Below are positions 1 through 24,899 of a stretch of 64,000 nucleotides of DNA, piece after piece. Each line of letters opens with the position of its first letter. Position 1 is the stretch's first letter. Source of the stretch: Paraspadella gotoi. Taxonomy: Eukaryota > Animalia > Chaetognatha. The position numbers and the translations under genes are program-made. Location of the stretch: assembly GCA_051294375.1 (NCBI GenBank), contig CM119269.1, forward strand, positions 12,928,790 through 12,992,789. Reading direction: 5' to 3'. The notes below the pieces were generated by a model. It saw nothing but the letters and a program-made list of their open reading frames with translations. It did not search any database and was not told the DNA's origin.

Positions 1-2230
1 ATATATTGAGTCATTTTTCTCTCGCAGCTGATAAAGACTCGTCCCATAAAAAAAACAAATCGGTTATTGAGAAAGACTCAGAAATTTTTTTTTAATATGT
101 GATTTTCCTTATGTTTGTTATATATTTATATAAGTCACTCTCATTTATATTTTACGAACAAGCTTAACTTTCACGGCTGTAAATCGTACCAAAAATATAT
201 TCTTTTCAATTACATAGATAACGAATTAGCTACCGAAAAGCATAAAAAAAAAAAAAACTCAAAAAAACATTGAGCGAACTTTGTAACAAGAAGTAAACAT
301 CGGAAAACTTTATGTAGTTTCTTAAGAGTCGATATAAAAACTTTGTTTTCGTCTCTGGCAGCTGACTCCATTTTTTTTCTTCCATTTTTCATATTTTCCT
401 ATTTTTTTTAGTCGCGGCTGCTTAAACCGCGTCACCTTTCTAATTTTTAACATTACATTGTTAATGTTTATTTATGCAATATTTGGCAGAAAGTTATATT
501 GAGGAAGTTTTGAAATATAAAGTTTAATGATTAAAATTATGTCTATCAATTTAAATTTTGCCCTTTTCCCTATCCAACCATTTTCATCCCTAATCGGAAT
601 TATAATTATAACGATTTAAGCATACTTGATTTAATATTTGAATTTAAAATATTAGCTGAATTATTCTGGGTCGATGCGACATTACTTTTTCGTTGTAACT
701 ATAAACTCGAGATTTTTTAAACGCGTATTTCTGTGGTTTTGTTTTTTTTTTTATGGCTTGTAATGTTTCATTTTTGTTTATCTACACATGTAGTTTGGAA
801 TGTCATAAAAGTTTTGTTTTTGTAATTATTATAAAACAAATTGTCAGAAAAGAATGAGAAAAGTAGACGAAATAAGGGAAAAAACGACAAAAATGAAGGA
901 AAAGAAAAAATGAAGTCAAATGAAATTAACAAAGAAAGTCTAAAATAAGGAAAAATGAGGAAAAACATTTTGGAAAAGGCGGCGAAAAAAGTGGGAAAAA
1001 GGAGAGAGAGAAAATGAGAGGGAAATCAAGATGGAAGGCGCGTTAGGACCGTTTGGTGCAGCTGAAAGTTCCTTTATGGGCACAGCGCTGGAAGCGAGAG
1101 GCCCTCCCCATCGATGGAGGCCTGAATATTCGGACCCCGACCTTTGGGTACCGAATGAGTTTCACAAAAAAAATGTGGGTCGGGTTTTTTTGAAGGGAAA
1201 CCTTGATTCGCTCACTCGCAGGGGATTTGCGAGGAAAGAAGAAAATCCTATGTATATTTTGTTTGAGCACAGAAATCTCATTATGAAACTAATTTCAATA
1301 TAAATTAAATTAATTACTATGAAGTTTTTTCAGAGAACTCATTCTGGCAAGATTTGAAGTTTGAAATTGAAATTTTTTTGGTAATTGCTTGAGAAAAATG
1401 TTGAAAGATTTATAATATTATTGTTTTAGAGAGAATATATATAATACATTATACATTATACAATATTTCGAAGGCGCCTGCCTTGATCAAAGGTGCAAAT
1501 ATGAGAAAAGAAACAGTGTCCTAGAAATACAAGAAATCTTCAGTAACGAAGAATTAAAAGCCAAGAATTTCCTCCGTTTGATCGGCCGTTAAGATTTGAG
1601 CGCGAAAAAGTGGATTTCTGAAGATTGACCGAATGATGATGGGGTCTTGATTGAATTGGATGGAAAATCTCATCTCGACAACGCGGACGTAAGAAAAAAG
1701 GGATTTGCGGGTCACATTATGAGCAGGAAAAGAAACGTCATTGAGAGCCTGTGACCTTGTGAAAAGGAGATCACGGGGATCGTGACATGAATGGGAGACC
1801 AGAAAGAATGGGACCTTCTGAGTCTGAAAGATTTATCTCATGGAATGTAACCTTCTGAAAGAAAGACCAGTTTGACCACAGAGAATGTAACCTTCCTGAC
1901 GGTATTTGACTTTCTAGAAGGAAGACCCCAGCGAATGTGACCTTCTCCAAAGGATTCGTGAGGGAATATGACCCTCTGGGAAAAAAAGGAAGGAAAAGCT
2001 TTTTGAGCCACACGTGGTAATGGGTCAAGATTGCGAGAATTCTTTGCATCGCTGATCTGTCTCTGTCTTTCTCTCTTTCTCTCTTTCTTTTCTCTCTCTC
2101 TCTGCAAAAAAATCGTTTCTTCCCATTAGAGAGAGAAAAAAATCGAAAACAGAAGGAGAGAGAAAGACAGAGAGCGAGTGAAAGTAGAATGGAAGACTAG
2201 GGGGAAGCTATGGTGGAAGCAAATATTCAC

Positions 2231-2277
<47 letters not shown>

Positions 2278-2315
2278 GTATTATTATATTATTATTATTA
2301 TTATTATTATTATTA
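2231..2315. repeat. (TTA)n microsatellite
   Basis: Direct reading. Confidence 0.9.
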
Positions 2316-2915
2316 TCATATATAAGAGGTTATTTTCTCAACGAATAAAAAAAGAGAAAAGAACGCAAGAACGAACAAAGGCAAGAAACAATAAAATAAA
2401 AAATATCTAATAAAAAACAAGGAAGAAAGAAAAAGAGACTCGATAAAAGGAAGAGAAAAACGGATTCAATAAAAGCAAAGTTTTTTTACGATGTTTTTTG
2501 TGAGAGGAATGAAGTGACGCGAAAGATCGTGGAACGCTTCACAGTTCACAGTTCACAGTTCACAGTTCGCAACACGAACGGTTTCCTATTAAAAAAAACC
2601 AATGACAGAAGACGGTAGTAGTTCTTTCATTGAACCAATTATGTCATTAGAGGCGTTGTTTTTAAAATTTTTGGCGCTCGGAACTGTTTTCTTTCGTTCT
2701 GGCAGCAATGGAACTTCACCACCTTCAAGCCACTGGCGGAAAAAATTATACGTATCTCTGTTGCCTTCTCGTCAAAATTTATATTCAAAATACTATTTAT
2801 TTTCTTGGCCAATCAATCAAATGATTTTTAAATCTAATGCTTTTTTCCTTCGGCCTGAAAATTTTGTCATCATGTCAAAATATTGTAAAGAGGCACTCAA
2901 CCTTAATTAACAAAA

Positions 2916-3287
2916 TCAGTTCATCCAATGTGTTGCGCCAAAGTGACTTTATTTTCATGCGTATTTCCTTTGGATCAAATGATATGACATGATATGACAT
3001 GGCTAAAAAACTTTCTTAGCCCGTGTATTTATGATATGCACTGCATCAAAATTCTGTCTTTTATTCCTTATAGTTTAAGGATTTCCCGAAGGCGTCACTG
3101 GCAGTCTCTTAGATTTGAGGTTTTTTCCTGTCTTAACAAATGAGCAAACGCATTTATTTAAAAATTATATGCATTTTTAACATAAGTCGGACAGACCGAT
3201 GGATATATATACCGTTCGATCGACCGACAGACCGACCGAAAAGTGACTTGAGAGTTTCTCCACGAGTGCTCGCGGCGCGACTAAAAA
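2916..3287 (-). mobile_element. DINE-1/Helentron-like interspersed repeat (copy A)
   Basis: Homologous to 51866-52136 (GTTCATCCAATGTGTTGC...AAAGTGACTTTATT...GACAGACCGACCGAAAGTGACTT...CTCGCGGCGC[GA]ACTAA); GACC/GACA microsatellite next to a terminal GC hairpin. Confidence 0.65.
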
Positions 3288-4576
3288 CACAAGAGGGAAA
3301 GTCTGTGGCTCATCTCGCGGGAAAGGAAGTTTAAAATATCAATTGTCAACTAATCATAGAGAGAGCCTTTCTGTCGAATTGAAAGAAGTAGGGAGGAGGA
3401 GGAGGAGGAGGAGCAGGGGAGAAAGAAACTATCACCAAAAGTTTTGGCAAAAAAATCTCTTAGAGAAGTAAGCGAGAGAGGAGCTCTCCATCTTAAAAAT
3501 CTGTTTCTATAAAGAGCAGAAACCAAACTCCATCTACAAAGCGTTTATATGTATGAGAAATCAAGCTCCTAAAAAAGAAAAACCTCTCTGAGGTGCTGTT
3601 GATTCTCGGACGAGTATGGGGGTATGTATTACTACTACTACACTAACTTCTTTATCACTAAAACCATTGACACAAAGCCAAAAAAGTCCTCTCTCAGCAA
3701 AACCTCTCTACAAAAGAAAAGAAACAAAACTTCTCTATCATCAAAACCCTTTCGTCAAAGAAAAGAAACAGACATTCTCTCTAGTTCAACCTTTTGACTG
3801 AAACTAAAACAACTTTTTCGGGGCCAAAGGTTTTCCTCTTCTCTTCTTCCTTCGCTGGCCAATCTACTTGGAACCGCGATTCCCTTTTCTCAACTTGGCC
3901 ACGCCCACAATCCCCTAACCACGCCCACATCCCCTATCCTTCCCACTATTCCTAGCTCGCCCGCTATTCCCTGCCACGCCATCTATCCCACGACCCGCCC
4001 TTTATCCCCTGTTGAGACGGCTTTCGTCTTCACCCCGTCGAGCTAAATTACTCACTTCCCCCAAACCCTAAAACCTTCCAGTTTCCACTTTGTGTCTTTT
4101 ACCTTCCTTGGTCGGTAATTTTTTCTTTCCTGTTCCTCACTCCCTCTCCCTATTTTTCTCTTCCCCGCCCATATTTTTCTTCCACTCCCTTCTTACTTTT
4201 TCCATCTCTCTCTCTCTCTCTCTCGCTCTGTCTCTCTCTCTCTCTCTCTCTCTCACTCGCTGTCAGTTTCCATGGGATCTGAACCGATTAAAGGTTTTCG
4301 GTTCAGACTGGCACCGGTGAACGGAGGAAAATGGACAAACTTTGCAGCAGATGAATACAGAAGGACCGTGATTAAGTTAATCTCATTTAAATATTGCAGT
4401 TTTTTAAAAACATTTCATTAATCTTTATGTAAACACCCACTCACTATTTTTAACTATATTCTTCGAGATTTTATTTTCGTTCAAATTATTTTAATAATAA
4501 TTTATAGATTTTTGGCACAAGAAATATTAATAATTATTCGTATTAATACCAAAACGTCAATTCAGTCGCAACTCAC

Positions 4577-16377
<11,801 letters not shown>

Positions 16378-18452
16378 TTTGAAATATGTTTTTTTATCGT
16401 ATGATTAAGCATCGATTGTAAAATATATTCACGATTTTTTTTTTATTTTCAATTTTTTGTAAAATTAAGATTGCATTTAATTCGACGATTTCGCAATTCG
16501 GCGTCGCCGCGGCATCTTTCGTCGCCCGCGGAGAAAGGGCGCAACAGGATCCCACGGCGCTTATGAACGGCGTCATCGGTCAGAAGCCGCCATGACCCCA
16601 GGCGTCCTCGCGCGTCTCGAGGCGACGGTCGGCGCTCAAATCTGGAACATTTTAATCCGAGCGACGAATTCGGATGCGAACGACGAAGAGACCCGACGTT
16701 TTCTGCGCTAAGATTTTCCCGTGGGATTTTTCTTTTTTCCCCCTTTTTTTTTGGCAAGGGCGAGAGAGAGAGAGAGAGACACAATCTCGATATATAACAG
16801 GAGTCGCGTCCGGCGAGAGAGAGAGAGAAAGAGATTGAGTGAGAGATAGTAGGAGAGGGATAAACAGCTGGGATAAAAAGAACGAGAAACGATTTGAGGG
16901 AGAAAGCGATTGTGGCGAGGAAGAGCGAGAGACAAGGATGAGGAAGTGACGCGGAGAGAGTGTATGAATCTTCGCGTTTCACGTCCGCCGCTCGCGTTTT
17001 CACTGGAACGCGACTCGAAACGATGTGCGACACGAGCCGAAAAGGGGGTGAACGAGATTCCGATAGAGCGACGAAAAATTGTCTCGATATCGTTCGCTAA
17101 AGCGTTTCCTGCCTCGAAAAGCGGTTGTCTTTTGTTCGAAAACGATTCGGCGGAAATGGTCGCACGAAGAGTACCGCCGAGAGGATAAATTTACGCAAGG
17201 CGAAAGAGGCAGAACAAAGGGTCACTTTTAGACTAAAGCAGAAGTGGTGAAAGGAATTTATTTAAACGTAGATATAGCTAAATAACCCTCCCTAAATTTC
17301 TATACTGGCAACACATTCACTATCGCCCACCGTCAGAGGTGCAGCATTTCAAAATTTTATTAAACAGAGATGAGATGACAATTCGAGCTATTAAACCGTC
17401 CGATATGCCAAATTAAAGATTCTTCAATCTTCGCTCAAGAATCTAGTTAGCTGGTTTTGATTAATAATCGCTACTTGATCTCGACGTTTAACTTTAAATG
17501 AGTTAAAATTTGACTTAAAAAAAAGGACGCCACATGTAATAATATATTCAATTACGAATATTTTATCATAAAAGTTTACACGCAATTTTACTTTCTCAGA
17601 GTAAATGCCAAAAGAAGCCTTTTTAACATTTTATAATTACCCAGTAACGCAACACCATAATTTTGCACTTACTGGGACTGTGGACGTACTCCAGGAAAAT
17701 GGAGCACTGTCGCCCCTCCGCTTTACTAAGCGGTAACATTTTGTAATAAAGTAATAAACGTTTAGGGCTGATCACAAGACCAGTGTGTGTGTGGGTTGGG
17801 CGAAACGATGATACATTAGATTAGGATACGTTACTTATTCCCGCAGCTATTCATTTTCCTCAAACTTTGCTTCCGATGTCAACAAAGGTAAAAGGTACAT
17901 TGGTATGAGTTAGAGATCTTATTAGGGTAAAAAGTGCCCTTTTTCGTATTTTAAGTGAGTATAATTAACTTAAAGTATTAGTAACTGGGACCTTGTCCTG
18001 AATTTCGTTTTTAAAAGCCATGGCGCAACAGCAAATGAGCATTCAAAGAACACTGAACTTCATCACGACATGCAAAGGAAAGGGGAGCCAGTTGATCTGC
18101 GTTTTTCTTATTCACAATATTTTTTCTCTACGGACACAAGGTTTTATCAAAGTTTTGATATGCTATTAATGAAAGTTAAGTACACGCTTGTGTAGACAAC
18201 AGTTTACTCCCAAACTTTTCTTTAAAAAATCCTTTACTTTAACAAATCAGGGTGGTTGTATAAAAGTTGCCAATCTTTCAAATATTGACTTTTTAAACAT
18301 TTAAAGCAGGCAACGGGTACAAAGGACAAAAAAAATTATTAAACTGTGAGGGGCGACTTCTTTGTTGTTTTGTACACCTAAAAAAACAATATTTAATGAG
18401 GAAGATCAGGGGCCGTAAGCCCATCGCGGGACAAGAAAACCTGAATTATTTT

Positions 18453-21400
18453 TTAACTCTGGGATTGTGACATTTTCGGTTTGGAAATGATAACATTGCC
18501 ATTGGTGGAGCAGGGAGCAGATGGGGAGGTGGGCGAGGAGGAGCTGGTCGAGGTGGCGTTGTGCGCTGCCATCTGCGCCGCCATCTTCGGCATATAGATG
18601 CAAGCATTGGGATCCAATTTCGACGATCCTTTATTGGCCGATTAAAAACATAGGTTAAATTTATCAAGAATCAAGACGTTTTTATTTAATCGACAATTCC
18701 CCTTTATTGAACAATGAGCTAGCTTAACAATGTCAACTGATCACCCCGCTGAAAAGAAAAAGAAAAAATGCTTCCCTGCAGGTTCTTAGTGTCTTTTTTA
18801 AAAAATAAACGATAGACTTGTTTCTCTGATCTGTTCGGGATCATTCTCAGCTTCCTACTCACCGCCGGCCTGTCCGGAAGCCTGAGCCAAAGTGAACGAG
18901 TCCGGCTTCAGACCCTGAACACCGACACCCATAGAAGTCAAACCCCCGGGCACTCCACCCCCGATAGCCCCGAGCCGATGGTGGCTGCTCTGCGGCGTCG
19001 GGTACATCGAGGCCAGAGGAGACTGGTGGTGCAGCGGCGGCGGCGACGATGTCGGCATCGTTGGACAGAACTTTGAAAACTGAGCGCCGCCGCCTCCCGC
19101 GCCGGATCCGCCGCCGCAGAGCCCGGGAGAATCCAGTTTGGAAGGAAATGAAGACGGCTGTGGGATGAGCGCCATGACTTCTGCGATACGAGATTTCAAC
19201 TCGGAAATTTCTTGATTCTTGCGCATCATTTCGTCTGAAAAGCGGACGGCATAATTATAATTTAACTGAAAAAAAGTACAAAAAATAACATGAAACTAGA
19301 TCAAGAATAAGCAAAAGTGGTGAATAAATCATAATTTGTAAATAGTAAGTATACTTTGTGCAGGTAAAAAACATAACTCGAAATGGCTTATGATTGAGTA
19401 TAGGCAATAAGCAATGGTTAAATTGATTTTGAAAGACTTACTAGCAAACTGTCGCTTGGATTCTCCGAGCGCCGAGAAGAGGTCTTGCTTCAATCGAGTC
19501 TCGGAACTGAGGCTGTTTTCCAGCTGCGCTATCTTATCTTGCATGGCGGCGAGGGCGGACATGAGGACTTCCGTCTCGCTTTGACCGTTGTCCTTGTATT
19601 GCCGCAACTGCGCCGCCTCTGTCTCGAGGTGCCGAAGGTCGTCTTCCTTTTTCGCCCTTTCCTGCCGCAACCGCTTCAGATCCTCCCTGATGGCTTCTAA
19701 CTCCTCGCGATGCTTACAATTGTCGGTGTCGCAGGGAGCAGGATTTGCGCTCTCAGACGCGTCGCCGCTGGGACCTAAAAGAGGGGAAGATCGTTAGGGG
19801 ATGCTGCAAGACGCTGCAGGAAATCTATTACGGGGTACACTACTTAATTAACTGAAAAAGAGTATTCGCTTGTATGCATTGTATTCGAGCAGCGCTAGGT
19901 ATTTTTCCAAAAGGATCTTTACCTGACCCAAATCAGACAAACTCAATGCCACTGTCCTCTCAGTCTGACCCACCAATGACCCGATCCTGCCGGCCATGCT
20001 TTTCTTTTGTCCTACCGAGAGGGGGCCAGCTCTATTTTGAGACCTTTTTTTTACCTTTATTTTCAATATTATTTTTCTTTATTTCTCTTTACATTTTACA
20101 ATTTCACTTTTACTTTCACTTACAAATTTAGTTTAATCTTCATTTTAACTTACTTTAATCTGTAACTTTAATCTTCAAATCGATTATTTTAATTTTTGTA
20201 CATTCTTAAAATGTAATGTTTTCCAAATAATGTCCCCTCTCATTTCTCTTCACGCTTTCCTTCAATCTCTCTTGTCCTCACCTCTAACCACTATCTTTTT
20301 CTCAATTCTTTGTTGGTAATTTTGTCTCTCTTTCATCGAAGATGGAATCAGAACCAAAAATGGAATCGGATCCGCGACTCGGATGAAATCTACCGAGGAC
20401 TCTCTGATTGGATAGAATCATCGGCGAATCGAACCAATGAGAAGCCGGGCTTCATGCCATCGGGAAAGGAGCCCGTGTCGATGATCCGATTGTAGAGTAT
20501 AAATACCAGACCATTTTGTATTGAATCCATCTGTCTCAAATTCTGACACAGTCTTTGCTTGTGATTTTTCTGAAGAATAAAATCCACTTTCGGTTTCATG
20601 TAGAAATCTCTGTCTACTTACTTAAATGCTGGCCAAAAATCGTCTTTTATTAGCGCTGATGAAAACTCGAAAAACAAAGTCGTAACATGTCCGTTTTTAT
20701 TGTCAAAAAATCGTTGTTTGCAACAAATAAAACTTCATTTTTCTCTTAATATTTGTAGGACAATCTTTTAATCACCTCCCGTAATTATATATTAACAGTC
20801 CATCCTCAGGTGATATTGGGATCTAAACACCGTACCTGCTCTCTGCTGCTGTTGCTGCTGTTGCGCGGCCGCTGCGGCAAGAGCGATAGCCCGTGCCGCG
20901 GCCTGCTCCTCGCTTTTCTTCTTCGCTCGCTCCATGCTCAACTGGTTCTCCACGTTTTGCCGGTTCTTTCGCTCCTCGACTAGCTTCTTTTCCATGCTAG
21001 CCAGGTTCAACTTATCCGCCTGCCGGGAAGTCACCAAGTTGTGGAGCTTCGATTGGAGAGCGTCGTTGTCGCTCTGGATTTGCGAAAGTTCCGACTTCAT
21101 GGTGCGATCGCCGACGGAGAGGGAGTTGACCTGCGCCCGGAGATCAGCCTCCGTCTGCCTCGACGCCTGTAAATCTGCTTTGAGCCGCTTGACGTCGGCT
21201 TCTAAGCGGTAGACGAAATCCTGCGAGAGAGAAGAAGACGGACCTCCACCTTTGGGAGAATTGGCGGCCGCGTAGTTATTGGCGCCGAAATTATTGCCAC
21301 CTCCTCCGCCGAGGCTGTTTTCTTGCTTGTTACTCTTCTTTTTGCCGACGGAGTTGCTGGAAGCGGCCGAGGATGAAGTTGAGGATTTGTTGTTGCCGAC

Positions 21401-24271
21401 TGCGACCTTTGAAGAGGAGGTGGTCGACACCGTAGACTTGAAGGTCTTGGAGGAAGTGGTAGCTGCATTGTTGACGGCTTCGTCATTGATTATATTGTCG
21501 ACCGTCTCGTCGAAGTCGTTGACGCTCCGGGCGTTGTTGGGCGTTTTCGGTGAAGTCGGGATCTTGAAGATGTCGCGGAAATCGTTTTCGTCGATAGAAT
21601 TGCACCTCTTGTGATGAGGCGTCGAGACCGAGGCGGATGCAGCACCATTATTTGCGTTGCTTTGGTAGTTGGATTTGCTGGAAGAGTGGGAGGATGATTG
21701 GTGGGAGGCGGGATTCGATTTTCCACCGCTGACGCCGCCCCCGCCGCCCACGCAGTTCCCGTTTAGCTCGGGGTTTTTATTGGCGGCGCCAGCTGAAGAT
21801 TCGTTGTGACCCTTGAGTTTTTGAGAATTCGCCGTCGAGGAAGAAAATAAGGAAGAGAAAAAGCCTCCGCTCCACCCGGTTCCGCCGCGACCGGACGAGG
21901 CGGTCTTCCCAACGCTACAACTACTGTTATTCCCGGAAGCGGAGGCCCCGGGATTTGAGGAAGATCTTGGGGTGGACGGCGATTCGTCGACCGCGGAAGA
22001 TGATTTAGATGTCGACGTACTGTTGGATGTTCCTGTGGAAAGGAGAAGAATTAAATTACTTTTCGTCAATATTAGGGCTTAAAATTCTTATCTCTCAACT
22101 ATAGTATATAAAAAAAATAAGGCGTAGTGAAAGTTACATACGAAAATTCTAAATGTTAATTATGAACAACATACCATCAGTAAACATTAATTTGTAAAAA
22201 AAATTTATTTTATGTTCTTCAATTTTCGCAGTAGGCTATATTTATATATAGTACTATCCTTAGGAGAAAAAAAAAACAATTTATTTGTTTTTATTCGTTG
22301 ATAAAAACAAATAATTTTTTTTTTTCTCCTAAATTTCAAAACGCAACGAAATTGATAGTTTATACACAAGTACTAACTATCCTTATAAAATTGAAAAAAA
22401 TTAAAAATAGGCTTTTCTTGATTTTGATTGCAGATTTGAATTCCTCGTCAAAAGTTGATAAAAGAAAATAGAAGTCATTTTTGAAAACTCTTTTATTAAG
22501 TGGGTTAAAAATTTAAAAAACTATATTTAATATATAAAAAGTTAATTTTCAGCTTAAAATATAGCTTTTTCTAATTTTTGATCCACTTAATGAAGGAATT
22601 TTTCTAAAAGAGTTATATTTCTTTTTATCAACTTTTTATGACGAATTCAAATCTGCAAAAACATCTTAGATAAAACTGTTTTGAAATTTTAACATTTATT
22701 GGATTAGTACTAGTATAAATATGGCCTACTGCGTAAATTTTAAAATTTATTAAAAATTTTTTTATTACATAAATGTTTATTAGTATAATGTTGTTCGTTC
22801 CTCACTTTTAGAATTTTAATTAAAGTTAAATATAGAAATTTTACTACGCCTTAGGATATATAGTATATTTTGAATAAGCATCATCCAAACTCCCACTAAC
22901 CCCACGAGCTCCAACTGGGCCACAATGTGGTCCAACTTGACCAAGTCGAATTGTTGTTGGCTTCTGCTTGTTTACTTTGTTGACCGGGCGAGCCGGCGAA
23001 GAACGAGCTGTTTGAACTCGAAGACGGGACTGAGTGCGATGATGGCAAGGACGACGCTGAAAAAGTCGTGGGGATGGAGATGGAAACAGTGAAGACATGA
23101 ACGACGAAACGAAAAAAAAACAACGAAAAGTTGGATACCTGAAACGGACGAAGGACTTGGCGAATCAGATGCTCTGTCGGTCTCGCTGGGGTTTTGCGAA
23201 TCCGAGGGTAGCGCTTGTTGCAAGAGTTGCATATAAAACTCATTTTCCTTGGAAACATCTTTTTGCTTCCGCTGATGAAGAAAAAAAATGTCGATTTTAA
23301 TATTATTCAAAGTTAATGTGACAATGAAAAGTTAATATAACCTGCCGCATTCGATATCCGACGTAGCTTTTGAACCCGAAGCCTAAAGTCACGACGGGAT
23401 AGCCAATGCTGAAACGATAGAGAGTAATTAGGACGAAACTTGGCATAAAGAAAAGCAAAACTAAATCTCTTTCCAAAAAACAAAATCAATAAAAATACTA
23501 TGTAAAATCCCGAGAAATCTTACCAGTGGGCGGCAAAAGGTCGACAGAGATCCAAATTAAAACTGAACGCCGACGCCGCAACAGAATTCTTTATTTCCCT
23601 TAATCTGATCGAAGCTTCGATGTAAACGAACAACAACCAGAGCGAGACGGTGGGGAGACAAATTCCGCGTTCTGAAAAGTATGGTTAGTTAACTGACATC
23701 TAGAACTCGATAAGTTAAAATATTCTTACCTGTATGCCAAACGTACTGTACCCATACGTAAGTGCTGGCGGCGAAGAACAGCCAATGAACAGGAATAAAA
23801 AGGTAGCAGATCATATCTGAAGTTAACGCTATGATAACGAAGAAGATGGAGAAGGCAAGACCTGTAGCCCAAGATATATTATTAGGAGATCCGATGATCA
23901 TGATGCTTTATAACATTTTTAATTAATTTTCAAGTTAGGTTATAAAGCATCTTTACAAGCCACACTTTTCACCTTGAAACTTAAACGAGTCGTACACAGA
24001 TCGAAGCAAAAGCCAAAAGGGCCACAGGTACTCAAATCGAAACTCCAGAATGAAGTCAGCCATGAGAACGAGAATCCATACCACAAGAAATTTTATGTAT
24101 AAAAATGTGCTGAATAAAATTGAAACGAAAGCAAATTATTTTCGGAATGTATAATTATTTTTACAGATAATAAAATTTAAATAACTCTCACCTTCCGTAA
24201 AATCCTTCTGTTATTTTGCTGCGCTTCACAGGCCGTCGGAGCTTGCCACATTCGGCATTTCGTCTCTTCAT
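18453..24271 (-). CDS. MACO1: Macoilin (TMEM57), ER membrane protein with C-terminal coiled coil; complete, 11 coding exons
   Basis: Exons 24271-24192, 24109-23973, 23861-23730, 23671-23524, 23408-23342, 23271-23139, 23056-22901, 22032-20836, 19774-19442, 19234-18863, 18628-18453 (TAA). Diagnostic peptides: MKRRNAECGKLRRPVKRSKITEG, EFRFEYLWPFWL, WLFFAASTYVWVQYVWHT, DLCRPFAAHCIGYPVVTLGFGFKSY, KENEFYMQLLQQALP, RLEADVKRLKADLQASRQ, LMSALAAMQDK, LENSLSSETRLKQDLFSALG, LDPNA. Confidence 0.96.
20390..20560 (-). mobile_element. Possible short relic of a non-LTR (LINE) reverse transcriptase
   Basis: Peptide ILYNRIIDTGSFPDGMK resembles the LINE RT N-terminal motif LFNxxLxTGxFPxxWK; not phase-compatible as a macoilin exon. 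Confidence 0.3.
22118..22853. mobile_element. Fold-back MITE in a macoilin intron
   Basis: Termini TAAGGCGTAGTGAAA...TTTTACTACGCCTTA; the whole element is an imperfect palindrome (e.g. GCAGATTTGAATTCCTCGTCAAAAGTTGATAAAAG against CTTTTTATCAACTTTTTATGACGAATTCAAATCTGC); second copy at ~63020-63644. Confidence 0.85.
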
Positions 24272-24899
24272 ATTCATTTATATTAAATTTCTCAGAAGTG
24301 TTTTCACGAAATTTAGTGGTTAAATTGTTGAAGCGACTGTCATTACCTTGATACCTTTGAAAAAATTACAGGTAATCACAAAATACAATTCACAATTGTC
24401 AAGAAGTGGCAAGCGACAGTTTTCAATCGGTATTTCCTGTAATTCTTTTATCTTGAAATAAAATACCAAAAAAGCCTTGTTCAGCCTTGAGTTGAGTAAC
24501 AAGTTTTCATCGACTTCCGACATCGATGTCCCTGCATGAATCAGCAGTTTTCATCCTAGAATTCATTGTGCGATCAAAATCTTACTGGCGGGTCCTAACA
24601 TGTACACGCACGGTGGTTTTCTATTTAGGCCCCATTACTCCCTGATCAGGATATAAACTGCTCAACACGTAAGTCGTTTGTAAAACACAGCATTATGAAA
24701 AATTGTATAATTTTGTTTATTAAATAGCTCTTGGTAACAATCGTAACTGGGATTGTAAAATCCGTGCTTTCAAACTTTTGAAAATTACCCTCAGTAATGA
24801 TCAATACGATAAGAAAAAAATACTTGAATGTGGCAATAAATTTGTAAAAAACTCGGTAAAAATAACATTAAAAACATATTCGTCAAATTTTTGTCATCG

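Noticed and set aside
1031-1303. 90-aa plus-strand ORF
   Set aside because: No motif or splice support; antisense within a DAPK intron.
18855-18862. Macoilin stop codon as given by the ORF track
   Set aside because: It lies just inside a GTGAGT intron; the conserved LDPNA C-terminus is in the next exon.
20934-21726. Antisense and alternative-frame ORFs over the large macoilin exon (likewise 27552-28074 over AGO)
   Set aside because: Shadow ORFs of GC-rich coding sequence.
24320-24523. 67-aa ORF upstream of the macoilin ATG
   Set aside because: Could be a uORF, but the 5'-UTR exon structure is unknown and no homology is recognised.
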